This document shows positions 34,162-51,139 of a stretch of DNA of 64,000 nucleotides, one piece after another (position 1 is the stretch's first letter; every line of letters starts with the position of its first letter). The position numbers and the translations under genes are program-made. The notes under the pieces were generated by a model that worked only from the letters and a program-made list of their open reading frames with translations, searched no databases and was not told where the DNA came from. Origin of the DNA: the human T2T-CHM13v2.0 reference genome, Homo sapiens; assembly GCF_009914755.1 (NCBI RefSeq), contig NC_060944.1, one strand, 5' to 3'.

Positions 34162-34190
<29 letters not shown>
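34162..34190 (+). repeat. (CA)14 microsatellite
   Basis: Directly visible. Confidence 0.97.
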
Positions 34191-34192
<2 letters not shown>

Positions 34193-37100
34193 TGACTGTT
34201 GAGAAGAAAAATGAATTTTATTAGTCAGAGAGGGAGGTAAAGTACAAGTATAAAAGTTATGGATGACTTACTGATAATTGCTTACCATAAATTTGAAAAC
34301 TTCAGCATAATCTGAGAATGAGATGGCCTCCATATTAATTTAATAAAGTTGACATTAAACTTGAAATATTAATTCAAAACCAAAAGGGACCTTTGTATGT
34401 GTGGTTCTGAATTTTGGTTGGGGAATAGAAAAGGAATCTGAATGTTGACCTAAACTCATAACATGGATAGGTGAGAGACAGTCACTTCTTTACCTTTCAT
34501 TTTTTCTTCACTATGGATTTGATAAAGAACTTTTGAAATTTTTTTTACTACATTGGAGGATGTTATGGACTTCATTCACTTTTTCTTCAAGTAAAATTTT
34601 GGTAAATATTCAGTTTTTTAAATTGGTTTGAGAAACTATTGCTTTGGGGCAAAGTCTAAAATAACAATTGTAGATCTCCTTTTAGAGCTATGAAATTTGA
34701 GGTTAATAAGTTAATGTTTCAGAGGATCATAAAACAGTAAGCTGAGAAGAAAACTAAGATTTTCCAACTTTCAGAAGACACTCCATTTAGTAAGCCCTAT
34801 GTTGTCAGATGTTGCCTGTATTTCTGAGTGAGAAAGAACTTTTAATATTACCAACGGTCTTTGAAATCTTTTGGAAAAAAAAGCAGACAAATTTTTTCTA
34901 ATTTAGCTTTATTTTGTAATTCATTTTGGTAAATTATTATTTGCCTCCTTTTCTAGATTTTTCTTTTCTAGCATTTGAATTATAATCTCAGAGGATGTCC
35001 TTGATAGTGGAAGTATGGGGTTATTTGTCATGTCAGTTGATAATTACTTTGGATGATCTTACTGAAAGCTAAAGTTGATTGTGTTCATCTGCAAAGCAAA
35101 CAATTTTGACAATTAAGGCATAAAAATTGTGAGTGTTACATATAGCTGTTCCAACTATAATGTGTTGATTAGAGCTGTTTCATGAATCTTTCTCAGGAAC
35201 AGTCTGAGTGCTATATACTGCTTAGAAAGAAAATACAGAGTCAGTGTATTTGCTCTCACAATGTGCTGATTGCGGCAGCTTGCCCAGAGCTAAACTTGCT
35301 GTAATAAAAACTTCTGGATTGGAACATAATGATGGCATTTATGTTATTTGCCTCCTGCACTTTATAAACCCAAGCAAACAGCTCTCAGTTTGAGAACCTC
35401 AGAAAGATCTGTCATTAGGTATGGCTGAGTTTCCTTATGTCGATTCTTTGAAGAATATGTCAGCTGAAGTCTTGCAGTGAGCAGTAGAATATGAATCTTA
35501 CGTAGCTGAAGGTGCTAGATTAAAACAGCTTCCATCTTCTGACTTTGTCCAGATCATTTTATTGAACTCAGTTTGATAGATGCCTTTCTGTGAGGGTGTT
35601 ATTATTTTTAAAGACTCATAGTGAGTTCCTGGACCTTTGGATGCATATTGCCCCCTAAAATAGCATGAAATCAGGCAAACTGGACTTATTATTAGCATGG
35701 TACTTAAGAAAATTTGAAAACAGTTCAAAGGAAAATGACTGAACCCATCTTATACATGCAGTATGTTTTAACAAATCAATTGTGGATTAGCTCTAGGAAG
35801 TGGCCGTGTTTGTGTACATGGAAGGCCACCTAGATCTCTGCCACATATTACAGTGTCTGTTCACAAAATTGTCCCTTTTTGAATTCATAGAACCATCACT
35901 GGGAATAGCAGTGCCTCTGAGTGCCTACTAAGGAACAGTTGTGGAGATAGGCCAAAGCTAAAGAGAGAATAGGAAAGAAAAAATAAAGATGGAGGGAGTG
36001 GGCAACTGGAGATGGAAAGGGTAAAGGATGAGTAGCAGTGGTTATGTCCTGTCTCTTAATAACAATCTAATGGAAGAGTTGGCTTTCCTCTTGCTGAGAA
36101 AGGATATGCATTTTTCATATGCATATGCCACCCTTCACTGGGTTTCCTGTGTATCTTTGGATCATATACCAGATTAACAGGAGTTCTTCATTAGTACCAG
36201 TGAAGCTGTTATTATCATCACTTAGCCTTGCTGCTGTGGACAATCCTTTTGAAGATCTACATTTGGAAATGGCACGTGGAATTTCAGCTCTTTTATAATT
36301 TATTTCTTACATTATTTTTTAATGAATAAAATGAGGATTACCCAAGACCGAGGGACAGTATGATTCAACCTCTTCAAGGAAAAAGTTTTTAAATGGCCTT
36401 ACTATAATATTCGAATAACTTAGACCCTTCACGTAATTTCCTTAAATGGAGGAATTTAGTCCCTAGTTATGAAAAGAATACAGTACTTTCTTTCTAGAAG
36501 ACTGGGAAAGTCAGAAAAGTAAAAAGAAAAAAGTGCACCTATAATCTCACCACTCAGAAGTAACCAGTCAGGATTAGATATAATAGTCCTAAAGTGCCTT
36601 TGTATTTTCTAAATTCTTGGGGCAGTGGATAACTGAAAAACCTGAAGTTTTGTGCCTGTTCCCTTGGGTGATATTCTAAGTAATACCTGTTATATGTTTT
36701 AGTTTAACTCATGTGTCTATGGACAGTAATATTTGAATAGCTATAATGACTATGTTTAAGTCTATTTTATTCCAAATTCACGCATTTAGCCAGAAATTCT
36801 CTGACCAGGAGAATAGAGAGAATTGCCTAATGATTTCTCTATTTTACCTAATGATTTCACTGTATTAACTCGTATCTTAAACAGTAATAACTATACAAAT
36901 AAACAAAAAAATGGACAGATACATAACTTCTTGACCACGTTGGCTAATGAAATTAATAATGAACTATGTTGAAAACTGTAAACATTTGCTATGCTATAGT
37001 TTACAAGTGTTCTCCATTTAGTAGAATATCAGTGCTATTTTTATGTTATTGTGCTAGTATTTCCTACACAATTGTTTTGCGTGTGTTTCTACTAGCATAT

Positions 37101-37491
37101 AGATTCCAGACTCTTCAGTTTTAGAAGTTTCAGCATGTATGGGGTACGTGTGTGGTGTGAGCATGGGGGCTTGCTGGAAAGGAAGTTATTTCCTCTTATC
37201 TTTTCTTGAAAAAATTCAGATCCATGCTTGTGCTAATTTTACTCAAACTATAATTTGTTTCTAAAAACTAATGTTCAGAAGGATCAAGGAAAAGTAATGA
37301 TTATACCCTTTAATTTTTGTAGTTAATTTATTTGAATGTTCTAAAATTGTTAGCATTTTTAGCCCGTTAACAATGACAGCAGTGTTGTAAATAACTGTAA
37401 CAGAGCTCTTGAAGAACCAGACCTCTTGATTAACAGGACCCTTGATCCTACACTTAATGAACTCCTCAGGATAAAAGGTACCATAAAATTA

Positions 37492-39033
<1,542 letters not shown>

Positions 39034-39611
39034 TAAGAGTAGGTTTCTTTTCCAATTAACCTTTGTACACTGTTTTGTGAATTATACTATAAAATATGCT
39101 CAAATTGCCCTCAATCAATATTTGGTACTGATAAATAATAAAATATTTTCTGAGTAACAAGTCATTTTCAAAATTCTCATTTTCATTACATAATATTTAT
39201 AATACAATAATTCTCTTAGGTGGATGTGACTGCTAGATATTCTTCTCCGGTTCTGTGTTTGGGCACAGCTTCAACTGACTCAGGGATTCTTAGCCTGCCT
39301 AGCCATAAGACTCCCCTGGAAACTGATTATGCATACAGATTCCAGGCCTCACCCCTCCACCCCAGACCTGCTCAGTTACAATCTCTGGGTGACTTGTATC
39401 ATCAGACAAGTCTGAGAAACTTGAAACTAGTGAGGCTGCACTGGGAATTTGATCAATGCGTAATTGCATGTTGGTGTATAGGAAAGATTTATGGATGTGG
39501 ATTGAATTGATAGTGTTCATTTACTTTTATCACTAGTCAAACATCATAAGAGAAAACTGCTCTCCTACTTTCTTTAAATTTTAGCTTCTATGAGACTTCA
39601 GTTGAGGTAAT

Positions 39612-40040
39612 ATAAAAATTATTTTTTGAGCACTACCATGTACAAAGCACTATTCTAATGTTTTTCATGTATCTATTACTATTAATATAGAGAGACGAAA
39701 TAATTTGCCCAGAGCCAAATAAGTAACATATGGGAAAACTTGGACTTGAACCTGAGAAATCAGATTTCAGAATCTACACAATTAACCCCTGCAATATATT
39801 GCCTATAGCCACCAAATCTAAGTATGTATTAATGTGTCAGGCACTACTATATTAAGTACTTCATATACTTTTAGTACTTTTAATTCATTTACCAATTCTA
39901 TAAAGTGGGATTACGAAAGGCAAATTCAGAGATATTAAGTATTTTGCCCAGAGTTGCCCTGCTAGTAAGTGGTAGAAGCAGTGTGGTTTGAAATTGGGGT
40001 AGCTCAACTCCAGAACTCCTTTCACAACCACTATCCTGTA
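39612..40040 (-). mobile_element. Two tandem MIR fragments
   Basis: ttgagcactaccatgt...taatttgcccagag; tgtgtcaggcact...ttgcccagagttgccctgctagtaagtggtaga. Confidence 0.7.
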
Positions 40041-41342
40041 CGCCAGAGTGGCATGTTTGAAAACACTCATACTTGTCATCCCTTCAGTATTTTATATAAA
40101 TAGTATTAGCACCTGAGTGGTTTTCTGTAAGCTAATTATATAACACTTCATTGTCTACATTTAAAAATGTCTACATTTAACATCTACGTTAAGACACTTT
40201 GGTGTGTACATTAAATTTTTAAAGAGATTCTACAGTATATTATAGAATTCTGTCTCTGAGAAAGATTTGAATATAATATATTGGTCACTCTGTTATCTGT
40301 CATAGGCTGGCTGAAGGAGAGATAAGGATTAACATACTTTCAAGGAATTCTTAACCCTCTAGTTTTTATCATTAAAGGATAGTATAGTTGGTGAATACTT
40401 GCGTATTTTGTGAACATTTGGTAAGCAGTTGCACTTAATTTCCTTCACTTGAACATTAAATATTCCACATTTGTTCTGTCCCAAGTAAGCTATTCTCCTT
40501 TACTTTGAAATGACTTATAAATTTACTTTCACACAATTATTAAAGATTTACTGTAAACTGCTGCTTTCCCCCTCCTTTTTTTTTTTTTTGTCCCAAAATG
40601 AAGGTGAAGTGTTAATTGGTTTTAATGGCATCTATGGTTACCTCTTTGTCTGGGACTTCTAAGGAAAAGCGAAGAATTGGCAGAAAAATGTGTGAAATTT
40701 GTCTGGGGAGGTGAGAAACTTTAATGTGCTTGTGAATTAGTGCACTTCTTCTAGGTAAGACTATTGCAGCATAATAAATATTGAAACGGAATTCTCACTC
40801 TTAGACCTAATCCTTTAAGTATATTAGTAGACATCATAGAAGAATTTTCTGAAGAAATATGTTAACTAAGTTTCTGTAGCTGGAAAAGATCAGCCATTGA
40901 TAGACTATGAAATAAGAATGTCTTGTGTAAACATACATGGACAACCAGTGAATAGACTGTCTCTCTCAAGAACAAAGGCATGCTAATTTGGATTCAGAAC
41001 TAGAAAGAAGGAGCCTGGATTTTGCAACATGCTGTTATAGTTAAATACAAGACTATAGTTGCCTGAGACATGTACCTGGCTGTTAACACTTTTTCCCAAT
41101 AAAAGTGATTCTAATACCAAGAGTGGCTAATTCATCTGAAACACTGTTCCTGGTGCTTATACACTGATACATTTTAGTAACTCTGTGCCTTTGATTTAAT
41201 AGGTAACCATCTAGATAAGTGTTCTTATTTAACAAAAAAATGTACTGGGATTCTGGAAAGCTCAAAGAAGACTTCTTTACCATTTTAACAGCTTTAAGAT
41301 AACTAATCTTTTTTAAAAAATTATTATTCCTTCTGCATTTTA

Positions 41343-41938
<596 letters not shown>

Positions 41939-43594
41939 TTAGGCACTTTGAGCCATTAACCCATACCCGTGAGTTAAGTCCTCTACTTGAAATACATAAT
42001 TTTTTCCACACAATTAGACAGGCATTATTACTACCTTATTTTACAGAAGGTGAAACTGAGGCTTAGAAAAGTTGACCAAGGCCATATCCCAAATAAGCAG
42101 CAAAAACTGGAAAGCAAACCTAGGTCTGTCTAATTAAAAGATAATGCTCTTAGTCATTATCTCAAATATGAATTGTATATATAATTTAATAGTGTTCTGG
42201 TGTATTTTGTTTTATGTACTTGGAGTCAGCATGTCACAATAAAGAGCAAGATAGAAAAGGCAGGAGATCTGGAGTCAAGACACTTGGATTTGGAATCAAC
42301 TTGTTTGTTGGAATTCTAATTCTACCACTTATACTGTGTTATATTGGGCAAGTTGCTTTAACTGTTTGAACTTTGGTTTCTTTTGTGAACTGGGAAGTAA
42401 GGGAGATAATGGATATGAAATGCTTAATAAATGGTCTATGCTAATACTCTACATTTGCAGAGTGGCTTACGGTTTACAAAGAGCTTTCACCAAGATTGTC
42501 TCAGGTAATACTTAGTGATATAAGTGTTTGAAGTTCATTCATTCTTTTATTCATTCATCCAACAAATATTTTATAAGTGTCCACTAGGTTTCAAGCATTG
42601 TTTTACAAGTTGGAAAGATTTAGCAGTGAAACTACAGGGAAAAAAAGACTCTTGTTTTCATGGAGTTTGCATTTTAATGAGGCATATAGATAATAACACA
42701 TAAGCAAAATATTAAATATATTAGATAATAACAAAGGTAGCATTTAACTCTTATATGGTAAGCACTATGAGCTAGTAGTTAGCTTAATAGCTAGAAGCAT
42801 ATTGTGATTCATAGATTAGCTACATGATTTTCCATTATAGACAAACAAAACCTGTAAAGTACTTACAGTTCAACTACAAACTTAAAAAATTGTATTGTTT
42901 TAAAACAATTAGGGGATTTAAAACAATTAAATGTTGGTACACATCACCAAAATTGGTGAAATATCTTCTAGCTTTAACATTCTATGATATATTGGCTAAA
43001 AGCATGGAGTAAATATGTACCTCTTATACCTGTCTGTCTTTATGTAGGTCTGGCAAGTGTACTCTGAATATAACATAACAATAATTCACAGATTTTTTTA
43101 AAGATTATTGAAAAACACAAAATAATCTTGGCATTTGTTAACTTTGTAAGCTAGTCAGTATTCTCTTGAGTTGTATGTCTCAACTTCAGCGCAAAGCTAG
43201 GAAAAAGCTTCAGTGATCTGAAACTTCCATTCTCTTGTACTATGGCTCTTAAGAAGATGCAATGGGATCATGAGCAGATCTTGTAGGGAACCCAGACATT
43301 AAGGTTATTTCTGTCTACCCTGAGTTTAAATTCACTGAAAGCTACAAGAAAGACAAGTGTTACTTTTAGGGTAGTTGACAGCCATTGACTATTGATGACT
43401 CCAAGTCATCATTCAGCATCATGGGGCAGAGGTCTGTAAGTATTGGAAGAAAAAGTCACATCTCCCCATTAAACGTTTTGAGATTTAATCCTGAAAATGC
43501 TTTCTAGTTATCTCAGTAAAAGGAAATAATCTTTTTTTCTTGACTCAAACATTAAAAAATTTACTGATGAAGTATTTCTGGTCAGTGTTTAAGA

Positions 43595-43821
43595 CAAGCT
43601 TGTCCAACTCATAGCCCATGGGCCACAGGCAGCCCAGGATGGCTTTGAATGTGGCCCAACACAGATTTGTAAACTTTTTTAAAACATGAGTTTTTTTTGT
43701 GATTTATTTTTTATTTTTAGCTCATCAGCTATCATTAGTGTTAGTGTATTTTATATGTGGCTCAAGACAATTCTCCTTCTTCCAATGTGGTCCAGGAAAG
43801 CCAAAAGATTGAACACCCCTG
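43595..43821. mobile_element. MER30 (hAT)
   Basis: caagcttgtccaac...ggctttgaatgtggcccaacac...gccaaaagattgaacacccctg. Confidence 0.88.
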
Positions 43822-44474
43822 ATGAAGAAGTTAAGAGCCCAAGCTTCAGTAACAGAATTCTTGTTCTACTACTTACTATTTAAGAAGAAATCCATTATAG
43901 CTTCAAAATATTTTGAGCATCTTTCCACCTCTCTACTCACCACCACTATTCTGTTCCACACAGTGTTTCTCCATACAGTAGCTAGAGTGACCTTATTACA
44001 ATTGAAATCTGACAGTCTGATCCCCACACCTTCTCCTCCTCTTTTACTTACTTCTCCTGCTCTCCACCCCCTATCTTCCCCTTATTCCTCCCTGCCCTCT
44101 TAAAAACTGCCCGTTGTCTTTCTTTTATGCTAGAATGAAGTTCAGACTCCTTATTCAGGCCTACCTTGCTGATCTCACCTACGTCTTGATCACTGAGTGT
44201 AAGTCACCTGAATTCTTCTAATCCTTAAACACATTAAGCTGATTTCCTATTTGCAACTTTAACACAGCCTGTTTCCTGTGCTCAGAACACTGTTCATTTT
44301 ACTCTTTACATGGCTGACTCTTTATCTCTCGGGTCTTAGGCTTTCTCTTACCACCCAATCTAAGTAGGTTCTCTTGTTATGCTCACTCATAGCACCATGT
44401 TTTTCTCTTTCATGGTACCTATCATAGTTTTTCACTTTATATTCCTTTGAGTTTTGTTTAATATCTGGATTCCT

Positions 44475-44772
<298 letters not shown>

Positions 44773-46179
44773 ATCTGGATTCCTGTCCTCCCCCAACCAT
44801 AATCTTCATGTCTTTTTGGTCTACTGCTGTACACCCAACTCCAGCCACAGTCATTGAACAGATACTCAGTACATCATTGTTAAGGTTGAATGGATAACAA
44901 ATCTCTATGACCTTTCGAAGTCTTAATTTGCTTTTCTGAAAAATAGGGATAATAATTCCTATCTCTAAAGTTATTGTGTGAATTAAATGAGATTAAAAGA
45001 TCTAAAATACTTAATGCTGGGCTTGACAAAGTCTTCAACAAATGGTAGGGTCTGTAGCAGCAACAACGTAATCAGCAGGCACTTATTAAGCCCACTGTAT
45101 GTGTAAGACGTCACTAATATTTATAGAACATATTTTAGAAAGAGAAACTTTTTTTAGACTTTTGTTTAATCTAGCCTTTTCTGGGTATATTCATTAACAT
45201 TGATCCCCATATTAAGGAAATTAAAATGCGAGTTTCCAGCAGTGATTCCATGCTTTTTAATGGAACATTGATATGAACTAGCCTCAGTTTTATGTTGTCA
45301 CAATTATCAGAGCCCCCAACATACATTCAACAGGGTATTACTTTGTGTAGTAATTGCCTAGACTATCCTCCCTCCACTCCAGCCAGCTGGCATTGAAAAA
45401 GAAGCACTGCTTTTATGTGTGCACGTAATCAATCTGTAAAATCCCATTATCCCCAACTTCCACACCCCCGTGGCTGCATGCTTCCTTTTGAAGCCTCTTA
45501 AAAAAGAAAAACTTTGAAGGCAACCTTGAAGTTTATTTCTAATCTCATTCTAGCCATATAACATAAAAATGAGATAGGGGTAGGGAGTGGGAGGGGTTCA
45601 TAATGTGATTTGCTTACCTCTTTGCCTGGAATCTTATGATACTTGTAGGTAAGCCCAGTGAAAGTTTACATGAGTAAAAATACTTCTTCAGTGTGTATTT
45701 TGAGATAAAGTTGGATTTAATTCTGTTTCAAAGTGTGAAGAATAGAGCAAGGTTAATGTGGTTATTCTTGTTCTTCTTTTAATCTGTTCTTAATGTCTAT
45801 ACTATTTAGAATAAGAGTTTCCACCCACCTCTTATGACCAGCAGCCTGTGTAACTGATTATCTGTTAGAGTCCTAGGTGCAATGCCCTTCCCACTCTGCT
45901 TTCCTGTTTCATGTCTGTTTCTTTCTGAGAATATTATCTCCCTTCTGGATCATTTTCTAACTGCTTTTACTAGGCCACTGCAATCTTTTTCTTTTGGGTT
46001 CCAATTTCCCATGTGATTGGCATTTTTCTTAGCATTCTTCCCACAGTCTTGAAGTAATTGACGTTTTTGCTTGAGGATGACCTTTCCTGTTTCCTCCATC
46101 TCTAGAAACTACCAACATTTGATTAAAGTAGGGTAGGGGAGAGGTGTGGGATGTAGGTAGGTAATCTCAAAAATGTTTT

Positions 46180-48180
46180 CTCCAAACATGAAAGATGTGA
46201 CTATGCTTCTGTCATCATTATTCAAAAACATTTATTCTGAAGTCTGTATTTTATATATGCATCACCTAATCCCATCATCTTCTCCATCCTCTTCATCTCT
46301 GGGACATTTCCCCATCTTCCTTAGAGCCTGAACTACAAACCTTACCTTCATACCAACTCATTCCATCTCTCTCAGTGACTTTGTTCTCCTAGCTAGTGAT
46401 TCTTGTAAAACTGTAGCTTCTCGGTCTTTATTTCAGGCATCCTAGAGCCACAGTCATGGCTTAGGCCGCACCTCTTGGGCATCTCAACTTTCTTTTCTCC
46501 TATTAAATATTCTTCCTGTCTTCATTGTAGATTCCTCTCACTATACTCCCATCTTCTTCCTCAGGTTGATATATCTCCCTCCTGGTGTTCACTTCCTTTT
46601 TTTCTATCTTGTTCCTCCCCATGACCCAACAAGACCCCTTCACCCTCTTAACTTCTTGAAAGAGTAGTCTTAATCATTGTTTCTGTTTTCTTTATCTCCC
46701 ATTATCCTGTCAGCACCCTAGAGGCTTTTCCCTCATTACTCTGCAGACGCTGCTTTCATAATCCCCAAGGGTCACCTCATTTTTCATATTCAGTGGTGAC
46801 CTCTTCTATGTCTTTACCCTGATAACATTTTTGACATCCTCCTTTTTTAATACTTTCCTTCCTTGACTCCATAATATTTTCTTTCTGTGATTATTTTCCC
46901 TCCTCTGCAATCCCCCCCTTTTTGTTTGTTGTTTCTTTGATGTGGATTCTTCTTCTTCCCCTGCTACAAAGGGTAAGTTCTCCTTTGGCACCTCTTTTCT
47001 CTCTGCTTATTTTCTGTTGATTATCTCATCCGCCCTCTCAATGTTAATACTCACCTCTTAGATGTGGTTTCCCTTCCTGATGCTGAGGATATGTCCCCAC
47101 ATCCTCCTTTGTAACATTCTGTAGACATGTCCAGAGGGATAATGTAAACCTAAGGTCATGTTAATTTATTATCTAAACTGGGTCACTGTGGAGGGTTGAA
47201 GAGGGCACTATTAATAATTAGCAGATGTAAACCTGTACTGCGCACATAGTCACCTGTTCAAAGCCAACATTTACAAAATACTCTGAAATCTGTTTCTTCT
47301 CAGTTGTTTTCCATCTTTATTAATTGCCTCACCAACATTCTACTTACCTGTGCTGAAAATCTTCATCATCTTCAATATTCTACTTTTTTTACTGTATCTT
47401 TTTAATTAAAGCTTTCTTTTCTTTATTTCTTTTTTGACCCCATTCCACTGGCAGTGCGCTGTTCAGGCCCTTATTTCCCCTTGCCTGAAATACTGCATAG
47501 CCGTCTAACTTGTCTTCTTGTTCCCAGTTTCTCCCATTCATCTTTAAGCAATATTTTTTATTTTTATAAAATGTTGCCTGAAGTGCACTGATCATTTATA
47601 TACCTGCTTAAGAGTCATTGCCAAAGAATATCAATGCAGACTTCTCAGCTTGGAATTCAACACACTACAAAGCCTAATGGAAAATATACCTTTCCAGTCT
47701 TACCTCCTTCATGGACCCTGTATTTCAGTTGGACTATTGGCCTTTATCCAAACACCTCCTAAATCAGTGGTCCTTGACCACATCATAATCACCTTTGGAA
47801 TTTTTTTTTTTTTTGAAATGTACATGCCTAGCCTTCATCTGGGAGCTTTTAATTTAGTAAGTCTTTACTGGGGCCTAATCAGACCCCAATAAAACCTCTT
47901 AATAAAAACCTCCCTCAGGTGATTCTGACCAAGGCCAGGGTTGAGAAACATTGCCCATTTTTATTTCTCGATAATTTTGGTCACATTTTTTCTTCATAAC
48001 CAGTATGTGCTTTTCTTTAAATTCCTTCTTACCCTTCAACACCTATCCTATCTCCTTCATGAGGTCTTCCTTGAGCTATTCAAATAGATGTAGTTGTTTC
48101 TTCCTTTTTACTGCAGAGCAGTGAACGGTCACTGCTGTTTATGCCTAATAATTGGTAGACAGCACACTTCTTGAAGGCAA
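46180..48180 (+). mobile_element. Long decayed L2 carrying a MER94/MER81-like piece (~47151-47256) and MER5A (~47765-47953)
   Basis: Pyrimidine-rich L2-type sequence; gagggcactattaataatta; cagtggtcctt...caggtgattctga...gggttgagaaacattg. Confidence 0.6.
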
Positions 48181-48195
48181 GCCATCTGCTACTTA

Positions 48196-48522
<327 letters not shown>

Positions 48523-49298
48523 CTAGTTAAGAATATTTGTAGAGAACTTTGAAGTTCTTAAAAAGTGATTGATAAGCAGGAGTTATTTTTTGCTAATTTA
48601 ACAAAAAGTCCCAAAACAAAAAGTACGGTGTTTGTAATTCTAAGACTATGCTAAATTAAGATTTGTTAATCATGCTAAGAAGGAAAAAGGAATTAGAATT
48701 TTAAATGCTGCTACCATTTTCAGCAGCAATGAACTAATAGTACATTCATTGGTGGATTGATTCCATTAACACTCATGCTTCAGATGCTTTAGGGCATGTA
48801 GCTCTCTTTGGATTCCTCATGAAATTGTCATGTTGGCATGTAGCTATAAAATATGCATTAATCAGAAACTGTAGTTACTAAAGCCAAGTTCTTTTCACTA
48901 GTTTGTTTGGAATAGGGGAATAATACTTTTAATAAATCGGCCTTCCTGTAAGATAGAGCACAGTGTCATTTTTAATAGGGAGCAAGAATAAGTGCAGTGA
49001 TTAAATGCAGTTACAAATGGCTGCATCTAAAAACAATTTTTGATTTTTGTCAAACATTTAGCAAGGGAGTAATTTTTTTCCTCTAGTTTTTTGTAGCTTT
49101 CCCAGTTTTTTTTTGTTGTTGTTTTTGTTAAAGTTATATGCTATATATTCAGAATTGGATTCTTTTTCCCTATAAATTTGTTAGTACCTGATTTGGAATT
49201 TAGTCTTATTAATATCATTTAGTTTGGGATGCATGGAAATGTATGTATAATTATTGAGTGCCCTTTAAGGTGGAGACTTGTATCTTGATATTCTATTG

Positions 49299-49300
<2 letters not shown>

Positions 49301-49344
<44 letters not shown>
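49301..49344. repeat. (AT)22 perfect microsatellite
   Basis: Directly visible. Confidence 0.98.
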
Positions 49345-49348
<4 letters not shown>

Positions 49349-50111
49349 TATTTTGCAAAGCAACTGGATTTTATAGCAAGCGTAGGTAAAGAAAAAACTT
49401 GTATCCTCTTGGTGCTCTGTGTATTTGCTAGTATAAAACATGTTTCTGATTTATTCCAGGCAACATAATCAAAAGGTGTATTTTAGAACATACACAAACT
49501 TTTCTATGCTCATGAAAGGTATACTGACTGGAAAATATCAATATAATCTCTTTTTTTTTTTTTTTTGCTTTTTATAAACTACAGGTTTACAGAGACTTTA
49601 TGGAGACATCCAGTCCTTTCCCTGACTTCTAGCAGAACTATAGCTTAAACTACTCAAAACTTCTAGAAGCAAAGTCAAACTTCCTTCAGAAACATTCCTT
49701 ATGTTTAATGTTAATCACATTCATCTTTTAAGTTGTCCCTCGAAAACAACCATAATGGGAAGCCAAAAGACAGAGTGTTGGGAAACATTTTGAAGACAGC
49801 AAACAAATAATTAATAAGATTTCATAGTCACTTGGAGATATCTCCTTGTCAGTAGAGGAGTAAAAGGAGCAGTATCTAGTAAAACTTGGGAACAGATGGC
49901 AAACATTTGTTGACCATAATAATAGTAGTAACTTGTATTTTGTAGAAGATTATACAGTTTCCATGCACATCGTGTCATTTAATCCTCACAAAAATGAGGG
50001 TACTATTAACCCCCTTTTACAGATATGGAAACATAGCTAGGAAGGGTAAGTAGTTTGTTTTTAATTGCATACCTAAGTGGTAGATCTGAGATTTCAAGTC
50101 TTTTGATGCTC

Positions 50112-50921
50112 TGTGTGGAAAACACAAACTCAAAGTGTGTATGTGTGTTTAATTCTCTCATTCAACAATAATCAACATAGAAGACTTGTCTTAACAAGTT
50201 TTGCCCCATACACCACGCAAGCAATCAGTTCTTCAGCAGATACCAGCTGGGTGTCCTCCAATTCAGTTTAATCCCGACACTGTCTACCTGGAAATTGTGT
50301 CATATCCCACAGGTTGAGGGCTTATTCCCACAAAACTGCCTCCTCTTCAGACACCAGTTGCAAGACTAGTCAGCTTCAAGTTTGGTTTCCCAGGATCCCC
50401 TTTTTGTGTTCTATTAATTTGCTACAACAGCTCACAAAATGCAAGGAAACAGATTTACTGACGTATTATAAAGGATGTTACAAAGGATCCAGATGGCAGG
50501 AAACATAAGGTGAGGTCTAGGTGGGCACAGAGCTTCCATGCCCTCTCCAGGCATGCCATCCTGCAGGAACCACCACATGTTCAGCAACCTGGAAGCTCTC
50601 CAAATCTTGACCTTTTGTTTTTTTATGGAGGCTTCATTACATAGGCATGCTTGATTAAACCACTGGTCACTGGTGATCAACTTAATCTTCATCCACTTCG
50701 CCCTCTCTGGAGGTTAGGGTTTGGGGTTGTAAGTCCCAACCCTATAATCATGTCTTGGTCTTTTCAATGATCAGACTTTATCTTGAAGCTACCTAGGGCC
50801 TGCCAGCTATCAGTGAACTCATTAGCATATGAAAATATATCACTTTGAAGATTGCAAGGATTTTAGGAGTTGTATGCCAGAAACAGGGACAAAGAGAAAG
50901 TGTGTATTTCACAGTATCACA
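50112..50921 (-). mobile_element. MER21-family ERVL solo LTR, co-oriented with FLRT3
   Basis: Minus strand begins TGTGATACTGTGAAATA...ctggcatacaactcctaaaatccttg and ends ...ttttccacaCA. Confidence 0.85.
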
Positions 50922-51139
50922 AATGCCAACTCACTCTACTAAAAGGCTATTTTAAAAAAACAGTTTTTCAAAGACCACCTTAAAAAGTATCAGGACAGTG
51001 GCAGCAGTGCGCCTAAGAGAGAAAGGCTTTGAAACCATTTCTTAAATTTTCCATCTATACAGTGTATAAGTAAGAGGAAATACATTTATACATGAAACAC
51101 TGAACTCTTTGAAGTAAAATGATACACAACCTCAAGATG

